Positions 61,100 to 64,000 of a DNA stretch of 64,000 nt are shown piece by piece. The stretch's first letter is position 1, and each line of letters begins with the position of its first letter. Source of the stretch: Squalus acanthias (Eukaryota); contig CM059438.1 in assembly GCA_030390025.1 (NCBI GenBank), positions 64,854,001 to 64,918,000 on the forward strand. Reading direction: 5' to 3'. The notes below the pieces were generated by a model. It was not told where the DNA came from, searched no databases, and worked only from the letters and a program-made list of their open reading frames with translations. Position numbers and translations under genes: made by a program.

Positions 61100-61598
61100 A
61101 AACTGTAGTACCCTACCTTCTACTGCTGAACTTAAGGTCATCCAAAACTCTGCTGCCCATATCCTAACTCGCACCAAGTCCGATTCACCCTTCACCCCTG
61201 TGCTACATTGGCTCCCGGTCCCCGAATGTCTCCATTTTAACATTCTCATCCTCATGTTCAAATCCTTCCATGGCCTCAGCCCTCCCGATCTCTGTAACCT
61301 CCTGTCAGCCCTACAACCCTCCGAAAACTCTGTGTTCCTCCAATTCAGGCCTCTTCCCCACTTCCTTTACCCCTGCATTGGCAGCCATGCCTTCAGTTTT
61401 CTAAACCTCTCTGTGTATCTGCTTCTCTCTCTCCTCCTTTAAAATGCTCCTTTAAACGTACCTCTTTGACCAAGGTTTTGGTCACCCATCCTAATGTCTC
61501 CTTCTTTGGCATGGTCTCAACTTTTATTGCACTCCTATGCAGCATCTTGAGACGTTTTACTATGTTAAAGGTGCTATATAAAGGGAAGTTGTTGTTGC
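61100..61598 (+). mobile_element. L2 LINE 3' end
   Basis: LKVIQNSAAHILTRTK...TPVLHWLPV...FKSFHGLSP; tail GGTGCTATATAAAGGGAAGTTGTTGTTG. Confidence 0.88.
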
Positions 61599-62584
61599 TA
61601 ATGGTAGCTGTGTGACCTGTCTAACCATGCTATCACTTTAGGTTTTCTCTGCAATATGTTTTCATTTGTCAGACACAGTATTCTGGGGATCGAATGGTGT
61701 GTGCAGTTAACACACTGTGTCACAATCTGTAAGATTTCCTTCAGCTTTCTGTACAGTTAGATATTGATTAAATATTTTTTTGTGCCAGGCAAAATATGAT
61801 GAACTCTTACATCCATGGAATAATGCAATTTATTCAACTCATTTCATGCCTGTAGGTGACCAATATTATTTATAAATTTACCTCCAACAAGCTTGTCAAA
61901 TTCATGCTATCATCTCCGACAGCCATTTGGAAATCTACTTACTCGTCATTCGCACTGCGGCGTGGCATTCACTGGTCTGTCTTGGCGCCCCAATAGAACC
62001 TATTCCACCTTGAGGTTGCACAGCTAGAATGTGATCTTAATGTGTTAGCTCGATGTCGGCATCAAAATAATCAAGTCTGCCTTTCCAGACCTGAATCAAT
62101 AACAACTTATAATTCTGTTCAATGATCAACGTTAATGTAAATTATTGGACGAGAAGTTCCTGCAGCAGTGATATTGGTGATATTGCTCCCTGATCCTCCA
62201 GTGGCGAATTTACTGGAGAACTGATTCGAAGAGGCCACAGCAAGCACAGCAGCGAATCAGAAGTGATGCAGCTAATGGCCAATGGCCAATTCTTGGTGGC
62301 GGTAAACCTAAGATGGCCTCTTGGCTCTCTTCAATGTCACAAATGATGGAGCGGCACAAACACTCAGGAAATTCTGGTGTGGCTTAAGTGACAGTGCAAG
62401 CCACAGATGCAATAATTTCCTAGCAGTTTTGTACCATAAAACGGCCCCGACAATATAGATTCACCATTACAATGGAGTTAGTCTCTGGACCATTACATCT
62501 TTGGGTCAGAAAGGTAAAATCTCAGGCCTGGGACTCCAAACTTTAACATCTGTCAATGGACTAAGATGAATGCATAAATTAGAT

Positions 62585-64000
62585 CCAAAGAGGAGTCATA
62601 TAAAGTTGCCAGAAAAAGTAGTAAGCCTGAGGATTGGGAGCAGTTTAGAGTTGAGCAAAAAAAGGACCAAGAGATTGATTAAGAGGGGAAAAATAGAGTA
62701 AGAGAGTAAACTTGCAAGGAACATAAAAGTGGACTGTAAAAGGTTCTACAAGTATGTAAAAAGAAAAAGATTAGTGAAGACAAATGTAGGTCCCTTACAG
62801 TCAGAAACGGGAGAATTTATAATGGGGAACAAGGAAATGGCTGAGCAATTAAACAAATATTTTGGTTCTGTCTTCACGGAAGAGGACACGAATAACTTCC
62901 CAGAACTGCGAGGGAACCAAGGGTCTAGTGAGAAGGAGGAATTAAAGGAAATTAGTATTAAGCTGATAAATCCCCAAGGCCTGATAATCTTCATCCCAGA
63001 GTACTAAAAGAGGTAGCCATGGAAATAGTGGATGCATTGGTTGTCATCCTCCAAAATTCTACAGATTATGGAACAGTTCCAGCAGATTGGAGGGTTGCAA
63101 ATGTAACCCCACTATTTAAAAAAGATGGGAGAGAGAAAACCGGGAACTACAGACCGGTTAGCCTAGTAGGGAAAATGCTAGAATCTATTATAAAGGATGT
63201 GATAACAGGACACTTAGAAAATATCAACGGGATTAGACAAAGTCAACATGGATTTATGAAAGGGAAATCGTGTTTGACAAACCTACTGGAGTTTTTTGAG
63301 GATGTAACTGGTAGAATAGATAAGGGAGAACCAGTGGATGTGGTGTATTTGGATTTTCAGAAGGCTTTTGATAAAGTCCCACATAAGAGGTTAGTGTGCA
63401 AAATTAAAGCACATGGGATTGAAGGTAATATACTGGCATGGATTGAAAATTGGTTAACAGACAGGAAACAGAGAGTAGGAATAAATGGATCTTTTTCGGG
63501 GTGGCAGGCAGTGACTAGTGGGGTACCGCAGGGATCAGTGCTTGGGCCCTAGCTATTCACAATATATATCAATGATTTGGATGAGGGAACCAAATGTAAT
63601 ATTTCCAAGTTTGCTGACGACACAAAGCTAGGTGGGATTGTGAGTTGTGAGAAGAATGCAAAGATGCTTCAAGGCAATTTAGACAGGTTGAGTGAGTGGG
63701 CAAATACATGGCAGCTGCAGTATAACGTGGATAAATGTGAAGTTATCCACTTCGGTAGGAAAAACAGAAAGGTAGAGTATTATTTATATGGTGATAGATT
63801 GGGAAATGCTGATGTACAAAGGGACCTGGGTGTCCTTGTACACCAGTCACTGAAAGCAAACATGCAGGTGCAGCAAGCAGTTAGGAAGGCAAAAGGTATG
63901 TTGACCTTCATTGCAAGAGGATTTGAGTACAGGAGCAAGGATGTCTTACTACAGTTGTACAGTGCCTTGGTGAGACCACACCTGGAGTACTGTGTGCAGT
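62585..64000 (+). mobile_element. CR1 LINE ORF2 RT region (runs off window)
   Basis: DWRVANVTPLFKK, NYRPVSL, SQHGF, DFQKAFDKVPH, SGVPQGSVLGP, KFADDTKL; premature stop at 63550. Confidence 0.95.

Noticed and set aside
1..64000. CRISPR arrays, operons or prokaryotic defence/RT systems
   Set aside because: The sequence is vertebrate repeat-rich DNA; no regularly spaced repeat-spacer array was seen and all RTs belong to eukaryotic retroelements.

Overview
Eukaryotic, repeat-dense vertebrate DNA, very probably from a shark or ray: it carries an HE1-type V-SINE and many SacSINE1-like Deu-domain SINEs. I found no convincing host-gene exon, so the window looks intergenic or deep intronic, and nearly all short ORFs in the track are transposon-derived or spurious. 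The only long intact reading frame (1659-3230) is a 5'-truncated Penelope-like element (RT + Cys linker + GIY-YIG) flanked by inverted pseudo-LTRs that carry minimal hammerhead ribozyme motifs. A related non-coding 170-bp palindrome made of two head-to-head hammerhead arms plus the same 41-nt tail lies at 59469-59679 with its own TSD. Also present: two long PIF/Harbinger elements (transposase plus spliced Myb/SANT gene, both decayed), about eight Harbinger derivatives or MITEs, two clear solo LTRs (one of 1.1 kb with a spumavirus-like layout), and many nested CR1, CR1-like and L2 LINE fragments. Boundaries of old degenerate repeats are approximate, and all comparisons were made by eye.
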